DNA from: Bacilli bacterium
GTDB taxonomy: Bacteria; Bacillota_I; Bacilli_A; RFN20; UBA1709
NCBI GenBank assembly: GCA_050949315.1
Contig: JBMNFL010000001.1
Coordinates: 480,001 to 544,000 of the forward strand
DNA length: 64,000 nt
Direction of reading: 5' to 3'
Shown: positions 38,649 to 48,000 of the stretch, one piece after another
Numbering within the stretch: the first letter of the stretch is position 1
Layout of the letters: every line of letters begins with the position of its first letter
The notes under the pieces: generated by a model
What the model saw: the letters and a program-made list of their open reading frames with translations, nothing else
What the model was told of the DNA's origin: nothing
The model's database searches: none
Made by a program: the position numbers and the translations under genes

Positions 38649-40133
38649 TTAGCCAGTAACCTGATATTCACATTCTGTAATAGCATCAGCAAAGACTGTG
38701 TCAATATTTTTCTTGTCACTGACGTCGGCTAACATAGCATCAATAATTCCACCAACTTGATCTCTAGCTTCACTGGAGCCGACAAAGGCTGGTGAAGTAA
38801 AGTAGTTGGCTGCTTGTTCCATACAAACATAGGCTGATAATGACGAAATGTTATCGCCACCATTACGGGCCGCTAATTTTTCCGCAAAAGTTTCATTTTG
38901 CTTAACTGATTTTAAAACAGGTACATAACCAGAAGCCAATGAGAATTCCGCTTGGAACTCAACACTGGTGGTTAAATATTTGAGGAATAACCAAGATGCC
39001 ATAACCTTTTGAGGATCACTATTCCTAAAGATACAGACCGAAGGTCCTTGTGAAATGACCCGTTTGTGTTCGGCATTAGCCTGAGGAATCTCAGCAATAC
39101 CAACATCAAAAGGATAATTGCCACCAACTTTATCTGGTCTTTGGTGAGTAGCACCTGCAGAAGAGCCAATGGACATATAAGATTTTTGCTTGCTAGGGTC
39201 GGTTTCCTTAAAGATTGATGAGGTGTAAGTACCTAAAAGCTTTTGAGTAGTTACATAACCTTTTTTAGACCAGTCTTTAAACTTGTTAACAAAAGCTTTA
39301 GCATCATCATTGTTAAATAAGAAATGATTACCCGTAGCTGAAGTGTAAGGAATTTCTAATTGCTCACACATCGTGATGAACCAGTTGGCTGATGAGTCAT
39401 AGCCAAGAGGAGTACTGTTGGGATCAATTTTCTTAATGGCCTCGCAGACATATTCCAATGAGGTCTTGTCATCATCACCCGTGCTAAACCAGTGATCAGG
39501 AACACTTAAATTGTTGGCCGTAAAGAAGGTCTTATTGTAGTAGAGAACTTCGGTAGATTTGGAGAATGGTAGGGTATACATTCTACCATCAGCAAATTGT
39601 TTACCTTCATTGTAATAAGCCTCAATGAAGTCACCTTTTTGGACTTGATTTAGACCAATAATGCCGTCTTTACCATCCGAAACTTGTGAATTAATCAAAT
39701 TGTCAAGGGAAATAACGGCTTTAGCTTTGTTATACAAGGCGACATGGTCGGGATAACAATAGGCTAAGTTTGGTTGATTGCCAATCGCAATCTCGGTCTT
39801 GATTTGATTTCTGACATCGTCATAACTACCAACAGAGGTGTACTCAACTGTGATGTTGGGATAGATCGCGTTGAATGATGTGATGTACTGATCAAGAACA
39901 GGTGTGAGATTGGTCGTACTCATCGTGTGGTAAAACTTAATCGTTACCGCACTACCGTCATAACCACCTTCTGGAACAACGAAAGCGGTCTGATCAACTT
40001 TCGGTGTAGTACCACCACCAGTGGTAGTGTCACTACTAGTTCCATTGCTTTGCCCATTGCCACAACCCACTAGCATCGCTAGAGAGAGTGCAAGAGCAAA
40101 GCCTAAGAGAATTTTCGACTTTGTTTTGTGCAT
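38649..40133 (-). CDS. ABC transporter solute-binding lipoprotein (CUT1-like), paralog 1
   Basis: Lipobox LVGC; same motifs as the adjacent paralog. Confidence 0.92.
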   Translation of the reverse strand: MHKTKSKILLGFALALSLAMLVGCGNGQSNGTSSDTTTGGGTTPKVDQTAFVVPEGGYDGSAVTIKFYHTMSTTNLTPVLDQYITSFNAIYPNITVEYTSVGSYDDVRNQIKTEIAIGNQPNLAYCYPDHVALYNKAKAVISLDNLINSQVSDGKDGIIGLNQVQKGDFIEAYYNEGKQFADGRMYTLPFSKSTEVLYYNKTFFTANNLSVPDHWFSTGDDDKTSLEYVCEAIKKIDPNSTPLGYDSSANWFITMCEQLEIPYTSATGNHFLFNNDDAKAFVNKFKDWSKKGYVTTQKLLGTYTSSIFKETDPSKQKSYMSIGSSAGATHQRPDKVGGNYPFDVGIAEIPQANAEHKRVISQGPSVCIFRNSDPQKVMASWLFLKYLTTSVEFQAEFSLASGYVPVLKSVKQNETFAEKLAARNGGDNISSLSAYVCMEQAANYFTSPAFVGSSEARDQVGGIIDAMLADVSDKKNIDTVFADAITECEYQVTG

Positions 40134-40190
40134 AGTTTTTCAATCCTTTCTTTAATAATATCTATGAATAAGCTTTGCCAAGCTTTATTC

Positions 40191-41117
40191 CTATCCTTTA
40201 ATACCGGCGCGAGAAACGCCCTTCATAATGTACTTTCTACAGAAGATGAAGACGAGAAATAGTGGTAAAGAAACTAAGGCGACCGCTGCCATCTGAACAG
40301 GATAATCAATATCGCCAGTGGAAGCGGTAAAAGCGTTACGTAAACCGTTAGTTATCAAGCGGTGAGCCTCATCATTAGCAACTAAACGCGGCCAAATATA
40401 GGCGTTCCAAGCTCCCATCATTTTTAAAATCGTAATTGAAATTAACTGCGGCAAGGCTAAAGGAACCATGATCTTCAGCAAATACATAAAATCACTGGTG
40501 CCATCAACCTTAGCAGCTAGATATAACTCATTAGGTATTTGTTTAAAATTCTGCCTCAAAAGGTAAATATAGAAAACACTAACTAAGAAGGGGAAAATCA
40601 AGGCTGCAAAGGTGTTCATCCAACCAAGACTATTGACTGTCGCATAGTTAGTGATAGTAAATAACTCGCCAGGAATCATCATGGTAGCTAGTAGAATGGC
40701 GAAAAGAGCGTCTCTACCTTTAAATTCCAAACGCGCGAAAGCAAAGGCACTTAAAACTGTCACCACTAAAGAAAGCAAGGTAGAACAAACACCGACAAAC
40801 ATGGTGTTGAGGAAAAGTCTACCAAGTTTAGCGGTAGTAAAGGCCTTGGCATAGTTTTCAAAATGAACGACATGAGGCCAGAAAGTTGGCGTGGCCAAAC
40901 GATACTCTTCTAACGATTTCAAAGAGGAGTTAAGCATCCAATAAAAGGGGAAAAGAACGGCAATAGCAACCAAAATCAGAAAAGTATAGTTTAAAATAAG
41001 CGCCATTCTGCGTCCCGCTTTAGCTTTCTTTTTAATCTCCTTGATATCCATATCTTCTTGACTGATTATTTTCTTCTTCTCATTTTCGGAAGTTATAACA
41101 TTTTTTTCTTGTTCCAT
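40191..41117 (-). CDS. ABC transporter permease (MalG/UgpE-like)
   Basis: PFYWM, AFAFARLEF, EAA loop LYLAAKVDGTS, WNAYIWP. Confidence 0.93.
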   Translation of the reverse strand: MEQEKNVITSENEKKKIISQEDMDIKEIKKKAKAGRRMALILNYTFLILVAIAVLFPFYWMLNSSLKSLEEYRLATPTFWPHVVHFENYAKAFTTAKLGRLFLNTMFVGVCSTLLSLVVTVLSAFAFARLEFKGRDALFAILLATMMIPGELFTITNYATVNSLGWMNTFAALIFPFLVSVFYIYLLRQNFKQIPNELYLAAKVDGTSDFMYLLKIMVPLALPQLISITILKMMGAWNAYIWPRLVANDEAHRLITNGLRNAFTASTGDIDYPVQMAAVALVSLPLFLVFIFCRKYIMKGVSRAGIKG

Positions 41118-41128
41118 GCTTTCACCCC

Positions 41129-42058
41129 CTAATAATGAACTTTCTTCTTGCTAACATAAAGATTAATCATTGTTACGAAGAATATTAATACAAACAAGAT
41201 TAAAGCCGCGGCCGAAGCCCGACCGTAGTTAGAATCAGCTAGAGCATCATAAATAAAACCGACCATTGTATTTAATTTTTTTGTTTCACCAGCCGGCCCC
41301 ATTGTCTCGCCATAAATACCGATGATGCTTGAATATTCCTTAAAGCCCCCAATAAAACCAGTGATAACAACATAGGCAATCATGGGTGAAAGCAAGGGTA
41401 CGGTAATGCGTGAGAAAATTCTTTTCCTAGAAGCCCCATCAATTTTAGCGGCTTCATAGTACTGCTTATTAATCCCTTGTAAGCCACCTAACAAAATTAA
41501 AATCTTGAAAGGCAAGGCATTCCAAACGATATAAACTACTAAAACGGTCATATTAGCAGCGTAGCTGCTGCCGGCATTGATCCAGTTGATAGGTCCAATG
41601 CCAAAGACCCCTAAAATATTATTGATAATACCGGCTGTTACAATCGTGTCGACCGAACCAACGATATTAAACATCATGGCAAAGACCATACCAATAGCGA
41701 TGGAGTTTGTAACATAAGGTAAGAAATAAATAGTCTGTAACACTCTTCTTAAGGGCCCGATAGAATTTAAACAAACGGCAATTAACAAGGCCAAAAAGGA
41801 AGAAATAGGAACTGTTATTATACAAAGTAAGCAAGTATTCTTTAGACAAGAAAGAAACCTAGCATATTTTAAAACTTTAACGAAGTTACCAATTCCAAAA
41901 TTATAAGTTTCACCACCGACAACGCCTAAAGAATTGTAACCCTCTAAAAAGGCCATGCGCAAAGTGTTAACGATGGGCCAGAAGGTGAAGACTAATAAGA
42001 GAACTATCGCTGGGGCTAAATAAAGCCAGGCTTTCCATTGTTGACGATTATCAACCAT
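41129..42058 (-). CDS. ABC transporter permease (MalF/UgpA-like)
   Basis: YLAPA, YFLPYV, YYEAAKIDGAS, GRASAAA. Confidence 0.93.
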   Translation of the reverse strand: MVDNRQQWKAWLYLAPAIVLLLVFTFWPIVNTLRMAFLEGYNSLGVVGGETYNFGIGNFVKVLKYARFLSCLKNTCLLCIITVPISSFLALLIAVCLNSIGPLRRVLQTIYFLPYVTNSIAIGMVFAMMFNIVGSVDTIVTAGIINNILGVFGIGPINWINAGSSYAANMTVLVVYIVWNALPFKILILLGGLQGINKQYYEAAKIDGASRKRIFSRITVPLLSPMIAYVVITGFIGGFKEYSSIIGIYGETMGPAGETKKLNTMVGFIYDALADSNYGRASAAALILFVLIFFVTMINLYVSKKKVHY

Positions 42059-42060
42059 AA

Positions 42061-43176
42061 TTATGACTCCCCTCGATTGGAGCTTAGACCTTTATCAGTA
42101 AAGTATATTCTCTCCTCTGTCTCTTTATTGAAGAGAAAAATCTTATTGGCCTTGATAGAAAATTTTACTGTCCCTTCATCCCTAATATCACCAAGAACCG
42201 TGGCATCAACAATGGAACGAATTGTCGTGTTTTCCGACTTTGGATGTTCACTGACAATGGTAGCATCTCTTCCCATAACCTCTAGATTGCGGATTTTACA
42301 GGTAAGTTCACCTTTAGGATTTATGATAAAACCTTCGGGGCGAATACCAATGTGGACCGCCTGATCAGGAAGATTAGCTTCCATAATCTTTTCTTCACCA
42401 ATATAAATGGCTTTGTTTTTAATATTCCCTTCAAAAACATTAATGGGTGGGGTTCCTAAAAACTTAGCAACAAAAAGGTTGATAGGATTGTCATAAACTT
42501 TCTGGGGTTCATCTATCTGCTGAACAAGCCCTTCTTTCATGACAATAATCATATCGGAAATACTCATGGCCTCTTCTTGGTCATGGGTAACAAAGATAGT
42601 GGTTATCCCTGTTTCTCTTTGAATTCTTTTAATCTCTTCACGAGTTTGCAGACGTAAACGAGCATCCAAGTTACTCAAAGGTTCATCTAACAAAAGAACA
42701 TTAGGCATTTTAACAAGGGCTCTAGCGATGGCCACCCTTTGTTGTTGACCGCCTGATAACTCACTGGGTTTGCGATCCAGTAAATCATCAATTTGCACCA
42801 GTTTGGCAACATCAACCGTCCTTTCAAACATCTTATCCTTATCCATCTTCTGATTCTGCAAAGGAAACATGATGTTTTGTTTGACCGTCATATGAGGATA
42901 AAGGGCATAATTTTGGAAAACTAGGCCTATCCCTCTTTTTTCTGGCGCTAAATCTGTGACATCATCATCACCAAAATAGATACGTCCAGCCGAAGGTTTT
43001 TGTAAACCGCTAATCATATAAAGTGTTGTTGACTTGCCACAGCCTGATGGACCTAAAAGACCGACGAGCTTCCCGTCGGGTATTTCAAAGTTGAAATTAT
43101 TAACTGCTATGACTGAGTCCCCATCTTTTTTTCGGCTTGGAAAAACCTTGGTTAAGTATTCTAATACTACTTTCAT
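42061..43176 (-). CDS. ABC transporter ATP-binding protein (MalK/UgpC-like)
   Basis: [39 protein letters not shown]. Confidence 0.95.
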   Translation of the reverse strand: MKVVLEYLTKVFPSRKKDGDSVIAVNNFNFEIPDGKLVGLLGPSGCGKSTTLYMISGLQKPSAGRIYFGDDDVTDLAPEKRGIGLVFQNYALYPHMTVKQNIMFPLQNQKMDKDKMFERTVDVAKLVQIDDLLDRKPSELSGGQQQRVAIARALVKMPNVLLLDEPLSNLDARLRLQTREEIKRIQRETGITTIFVTHDQEEAMSISDMIIVMKEGLVQQIDEPQKVYDNPINLFVAKFLGTPPINVFEGNIKNKAIYIGEEKIMEANLPDQAVHIGIRPEGFIINPKGELTCKIRNLEVMGRDATIVSEHPKSENTTIRSIVDATVLGDIRDEGTVKFSIKANKIFLFNKETEERIYFTDKGLSSNRGES

Positions 43177-43220
43177 CAACAAACCTCCTGAATAGAAATC
43201 TCGGGGAAGATGGGCGTTAG

Positions 43221-43234
43221 ATTAAGCGCTTACA
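43221..43234 (-). promoter_or_regulatory. cre/LacI-family operator-like site in the ABC operon leader
   Basis: TGTAAGCGCTTAAT, 12/14 match to palindrome TGTAAGCGCTTACA, downstream of TATAAT at 43284-43289. Confidence 0.55.
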
Positions 43235-43423
43235 ATATAAACCAGAAAGAGCCTAAATCAAACTACCTCTTCTTGCTCAAGCGATTATATTTTACTATCT
43301 TTACGCAGTAAAAGAAACCCTCTTTTTTACCTTTATTTTTAATAAAGGCTAAAAACAGCTAAACTTATCTATACATTTTTTAATTGGGAAAAATATTTTT
43401 TTACACAAATTTTACCTTTTTTT

Positions 43424-44272
43424 TCAACTTTTTGAATCTTCAGCTAGCCTTTGCTCCAATTCTTCCTTGCTGTTAGCAAAAAATTGGCTATCGCTATCGA
43501 CTACTACGGTGCTGCCAACTATGTCGTGTAAGGCTTGACTATTCTTAGTAAAACCAACACATAGGCACTCAACAGTTGCTAAGACGGCGATAATGATTAC
43601 GCCAAGCAAACCGCCTCTAGGATTGATAAAAGCAAACACAATACAAAAAATAGGAATCATGGTTTCAATAGCAAAACGCCCTATCACCACCCGAGCAAAA
43701 AGCTGCCATGAGCGGATTTTAACTCGATCCGTACCTAAAAGCCCGATATGCATAATAAGTTTGCCTACCGTCTTACCCTTTTTCAGAATCAAAGGTACGG
43801 CAAACTCTAAAATTAATAAGCCAACTAAAGAACTCATCGATAACATAACAATCATCAGATTGTCACAGATACCACTATATTTAATAGCTTCGGCATCAGC
43901 ATAAAAATCTTGCCAAGAAAGATAACAAGCATCATTGCTTAAGGGTTTACCATTTTCATCATATTCAACAACACACGCGATATATTTATCTTCTTCGCCA
44001 CTCGCATCAGGATTCAGTGAATATATTCCATGCTCCAGATACTTTTCTTCAAGCCTGGCATAATTTCCATCATAATCGACAATCTTAGAAATAAGAGTAG
44101 CTAAACCCGTCGCTAAAACCACTAGTAAAATCATATCAATCAAAAAGGCGGCAAAACGTCTTAAGATGCTGGCTTTATTGATATCATAAACACTTGGTCT
44201 ATAGGTGCGATTCATCAAATCGCCACTTTTTTGATAACGTGAGCGAAAAAGACCTTCTTTACCTCTTGCCAT
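43424..44272 (-). CDS. RDD-family membrane protein
   Basis: RRFAAFLID, GKTVGKLI, QALHDIVGSTVVV. Confidence 0.88.
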   Translation of the reverse strand: MARGKEGLFRSRYQKSGDLMNRTYRPSVYDINKASILRRFAAFLIDMILLVVLATGLATLISKIVDYDGNYARLEEKYLEHGIYSLNPDASGEEDKYIACVVEYDENGKPLSNDACYLSWQDFYADAEAIKYSGICDNLMIVMLSMSSLVGLLILEFAVPLILKKGKTVGKLIMHIGLLGTDRVKIRSWQLFARVVIGRFAIETMIPIFCIVFAFINPRGGLLGVIIIAVLATVECLCVGFTKNSQALHDIVGSTVVVDSDSQFFANSKEELEQRLAEDSKS

Positions 44273-46010
44273 TAGAAACTCCCTTCCGCCCACAAATTCT
44301 AAAAAATTCTTTATTGGGACGATTTAAAACTAAATAGCCGCCTTCATTAATAACATTAACGCGGTTAAAAGTCCACTCTTCCCCATTTACTTTGGTAAAA
44401 GAGCCCCCGGCTTCTTGAACGATTAAAACCCCAGGAGCGATATCCCATTCCTTGGTATTATTCCCTGTTTTATAGTTTATATGACCCTTGCCCTCCGCAA
44501 TTAAACCAAATTTATAGGCACTACCATAAGCTTTTTCTTCTTTAATTAAACTAGCAAACTGCTTATAAAACTTATCGACTTCTCTACTACCATGGAAATG
44601 GCTCTTGGTCGCGATAAAGTCACTTGTGGCTTTACTGACCGCGATACGGCTGATTTTACCAGCTTCTTTTTTATAGGCTCCCGCCCCTTTCATCGCGTAG
44701 TAATAAACATCTTTCATCGGAACGGCTATGACACCAACCACAACCTCCTGCTTATGAACAAGGGCGATATTAATCGAAAATTCATCATCGTGAGCAATAA
44801 AATCTTTAGTACCATCAATTGGATCAATAATCCAGACATTTTCCTTATTTAAACGGCTTTTATCATCCGCACTTTCTTCACTTAAAAGACCATAATCTGG
44901 ATAAAACTTCTTTAGCTCTTCACTGATAAATTTATCAACCGCTTTATCAGCCTCAGTTACTGGTGATTCATCTTCTTTTAATTCAATTTGCAAGTTGCTT
45001 TTTAAGTAATAACTTTTAGCTATCTCACTCGCCTTACGAGCGATATCTAAGGCCACACTTACTTCTTTAGAGTAAGGCTTACTAGCAAAGGCCAGCTGTT
45101 CAAACTCCGCTAACATCACATCAACTTCATCCCAGTTTAATAAAGTGGCACCCGCCGCTTTTATGTGTCCACCGCCACCAAATTTATTACAAACAAGATT
45201 GACAGGAAGACCTTTAGAACGGGTTTCCGCCCTAATAGTCCCATTATCATTTTCTGTAAAATGACACCAAATATCGACACCCTTAATGTTAGCCATCGCA
45301 TTAACTGTCCCCGCCCCATGATCTTTTAAACCAAAAGATTCTGCTAACTCTGGACTGATTTTATTATAGGCTACACCATAGGGGCTCAAAGTGAAATTGT
45401 AGCGACAAAATCCATAATATTTCGCATGTCCTAAATCATCTTCATAAATTATTTGGTAAATCCTTGCAACCTCGGCACCTTTTTGTACTAGCCATTTCGC
45501 ACAGTCAAACAGGCGGGGGCTAAATGAATAAAGAAAACGATTGGCATCGGTTGTTAAACCTAAATAAAGGGCATTCGCCCCCATTATATTTATTTCCCAT
45601 TTGGCTTTAATTGCTAGGTAAGTTATCATCTCACAAACTGAAGAAGCTTTGCTATCCACCCACTCAACTTCCCCAAAATGTTCCATTAACTCATGATGAT
45701 CAATTTTCATTACTGCTTTAGCAGTTTTAAAACGCTGATCGTCAACTCGCGCTTGATCCGCGCAGTCTAACACAATGGCTAAAGAAGCCGCCACCGTCTC
45801 ATCGGAACAAGTATCAAGAGGTCCGGCAACCAAAACATAATCATCAACATCTTTACCTAGACAAAAAACCTTTTTATGAGGATAGTTACTTTTAATCAAT
45901 TCGCGCAATCCAACTTGTGAGCCATAGGCATCACCATCTGGACTTTCATGACGAAAAAGCGTGATAATATCGTGCTTTTCAATCTTTTCAATGATGGATT
46001 GTAAATTCAT
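44259..46010 (-). CDS. Fusion of DHH/DHHA1 oligoribonuclease-pAp phosphatase (NrnA) and CysQ-like 3'(2'),5'-bisphosphate nucleotidase
   Basis: HESPDGDAYGS, IDHH, TDA, GGGGH..AAGA; then SPVTEAD, LSEE, WIIDPIDGTKDF, EWDIAPG in one frame. Confidence 0.92.
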   Translation of the reverse strand: MNLQSIIEKIEKHDIITLFRHESPDGDAYGSQVGLRELIKSNYPHKKVFCLGKDVDDYVLVAGPLDTCSDETVAASLAIVLDCADQARVDDQRFKTAKAVMKIDHHELMEHFGEVEWVDSKASSVCEMITYLAIKAKWEINIMGANALYLGLTTDANRFLYSFSPRLFDCAKWLVQKGAEVARIYQIIYEDDLGHAKYYGFCRYNFTLSPYGVAYNKISPELAESFGLKDHGAGTVNAMANIKGVDIWCHFTENDNGTIRAETRSKGLPVNLVCNKFGGGGHIKAAGATLLNWDEVDVMLAEFEQLAFASKPYSKEVSVALDIARKASEIAKSYYLKSNLQIELKEDESPVTEADKAVDKFISEELKKFYPDYGLLSEESADDKSRLNKENVWIIDPIDGTKDFIAHDDEFSINIALVHKQEVVVGVIAVPMKDVYYYAMKGAGAYKKEAGKISRIAVSKATSDFIATKSHFHGSREVDKFYKQFASLIKEEKAYGSAYKFGLIAEGKGHINYKTGNNTKEWDIAPGVLIVQEAGGSFTKVNGEEWTFNRVNVINEGGYLVLNRPNKEFFRICGRKGVSNGKR

Positions 46011-46065
46011 TAAAATCCCTCCCATTGCTTTCTAATTATAACGATTATCCTTAACTTAAACAACT

Positions 46066-46098
46066 AAAAAATCGTTGTGTCTCACCAGCACAACGATT
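46066..46098 (-). terminator. Terminator after tRNA-Lys
   Basis: AATCGTTGTG/CACAACGATT hairpin with T-run on the minus strand. Confidence 0.8.
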
Positions 46099-46108
46099 CG
46101 TAACAATT

Positions 46109-46184
46109 TGGTGGACCCTTGGGGATTCGAACCCCAGACCCACTGATTAAGAGTCAGTTGCTCTGCCAACTGAGCTAAGGGTCC
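46109..46184 (-). tRNA. tRNA-Lys(CTT)
   Basis: 76-nt cloverleaf GGACCCT...AGGGTCCACCA, anticodon arm ACTGA-CTCTTAA-TCAGT. Confidence 0.96.
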
Positions 46185-46235
46185 TTTTTGCACTACCAAA
46201 TGATAGAACAAAAGATGCTAGATTGCAAGATATTT

Positions 46236-47183
46236 CTAATAGTACTCCTCACCATCAATGATGGCTTCCGCCTCGGGTTTTTCAAACTCTTTTGGATCTT
46301 CATAGATAACTAAACGCTCTTCCTTTTTCTCATCAACTACAAAGGTACCAAAGAGCAAATCATGAATAGCCTTTTGTTTTTTGTTGATATATGTGATAAG
46401 TCCAGAAATCAAAATTCCTAGAGGCATGTAAACATCTGTTAAAATTAGAATCAAAAGTGAACTCACATATTCTATGGTCCAAAAACCAATTACGGTTCTA
46501 AAAAGATACATCATCGGTTTAATTGGTTTACCGAAATTATCAATAACTAGAATTCCCACTATTTTCTTACCAAGGGTGCGACCATTTTTGAAAAAGATGG
46601 TAGGAAGAATATAAATCAAGAAAAGGAAGATTACTGAATCAATCAGTTGGGTCAAAACTGAAAATCTTTTTCTAATTCGTTCAAAATCTTTATAGATATC
46701 ATCGTATTCTTTGGAGGCGTAGAGTTTGCCTTTCATCTCGTAACAAGGATCAACCTTCCAATTCCCCGCGTTCTCATTTAAAACGCCAGCAGCTCGATAC
46801 TGTTCATATGTTAAGGTATCACCTTTTTTATAATTCCCATAGGGTATTTCACAGATATAATAGTTATACGCTGGTTCGCACCAAACACCATTTTCATCAA
46901 CTAAATCTGTGCCATAAAGTTCGGGATGAGCTAAAACATAATCAACCAAGTCTCTTTCGTATTGAGTCTCAATCTGATCAATCTTGTAAATTTGTTTGTA
47001 AATATAAGGAGTTGTCACATAGTTATTAAAAACATAAATAAGGCCAGTAAAAAGAATAAAGTCAATCAAAAAGGCCACAATTCTTTTCCAGCGTTTGCAT
47101 AAAACATAACGGTCTTCAATTTCCGGCTCTTTGGGAACTTCTAATATTTCTTCTTGAACTAAGTCTTGCTCAATCTCGCTCAT
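46236..47183 (-). CDS. RDD-family membrane protein with large extracytoplasmic insertion
   Basis: KRIVAFLID, GRTLGKKI, AIHDLLFGTFVV. Confidence 0.88.
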   Translation of the reverse strand: MSEIEQDLVQEEILEVPKEPEIEDRYVLCKRWKRIVAFLIDFILFTGLIYVFNNYVTTPYIYKQIYKIDQIETQYERDLVDYVLAHPELYGTDLVDENGVWCEPAYNYYICEIPYGNYKKGDTLTYEQYRAAGVLNENAGNWKVDPCYEMKGKLYASKEYDDIYKDFERIRKRFSVLTQLIDSVIFLFLIYILPTIFFKNGRTLGKKIVGILVIDNFGKPIKPMMYLFRTVIGFWTIEYVSSLLILILTDVYMPLGILISGLITYINKKQKAIHDLLFGTFVVDEKKEERLVIYEDPKEFEKPEAEAIIDGEEYY

Positions 47184-47247
47184 TTTAATCTCCTATTCAA
47201 ATCAGCCCTTTAATTATAGACAAAAATTCTAAAGCTGACAATCTTTC

Positions 47248-47985
47248 CTAACGGCTCGTAAATTCTAGTTCTAGTAAAGTGCTAAGCTTACCATCAGCTT
47301 TAACCATGGCATAAACTTTATTATCTTTTATTTTAAGACCTAGGCTTACTTTTTCCACCTTGACAATCTCCTCAAAATAATCAACTTGCAGGCTTTTTAA
47401 CCTATGTTCTTTGATAAAGTTTATCCCTAAAGCATCATAAACCCAATTGATGTAAGTCACATTGTTAATGTGACCATTGTAATCATAATCACGATAACGC
47501 GGGATATAATCAACAAAGCTCATCCCCTGCTCTTCTTCTTTACTGAGTTTAGCTGGCATAGGCATAAAATCGGGAACATCTTTGGTATCAGGAAAGCCCA
47601 AACTATGACCATCAACAAAGGAGATCATCCGTTTTTTATAATCAAAAATAGACCAAACAATATTGATTCTTACATATTCCTGCCCATTTTTGTCTTCAAT
47701 AGTCGCATAACGCGGATAAAGAATTTTGTGAACTCTTCCTGGCCAAGTCTTAATAACAACCTCATCTTCATAGCTTGGCAGTTTAGTGATTTCCATTCGC
47801 ATTCTAGCAATTATCCAAGTTAAACCATGGGCTTTTAAATCTAAATTCCCCATTCCATAACTATCCATATGATAGCCCGCATGTTCCTGGGCCAAAAGAA
47901 GTGCGGCGACTGGGGTCATCTCTCCAGTAATATCCGTGTCTTGGAAAGTGACACGAGAACTAGCTTCATAAAGGTCTTTTGTCAT
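47248..47985 (-). CDS. Acyl-ACP thioesterase (double hot-dog)
   Basis: WIIARM, KTWP, DYDYNGHINNVTY. Confidence 0.92.
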   Translation of the reverse strand: MTKDLYEASSRVTFQDTDITGEMTPVAALLLAQEHAGYHMDSYGMGNLDLKAHGLTWIIARMRMEITKLPSYEDEVVIKTWPGRVHKILYPRYATIEDKNGQEYVRINIVWSIFDYKKRMISFVDGHSLGFPDTKDVPDFMPMPAKLSKEEEQGMSFVDYIPRYRDYDYNGHINNVTYINWVYDALGINFIKEHRLKSLQVDYFEEIVKVEKVSLGLKIKDNKVYAMVKADGKLSTLLELEFTSR

Positions 47986-48000
47986 TTCTGCCTCCTAAAT

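Noticed and set aside
46109-46184. tRNA-Lys as an island integration site
   Set aside because: Followed directly by its terminator and host-like genes; no integrase or att duplication.
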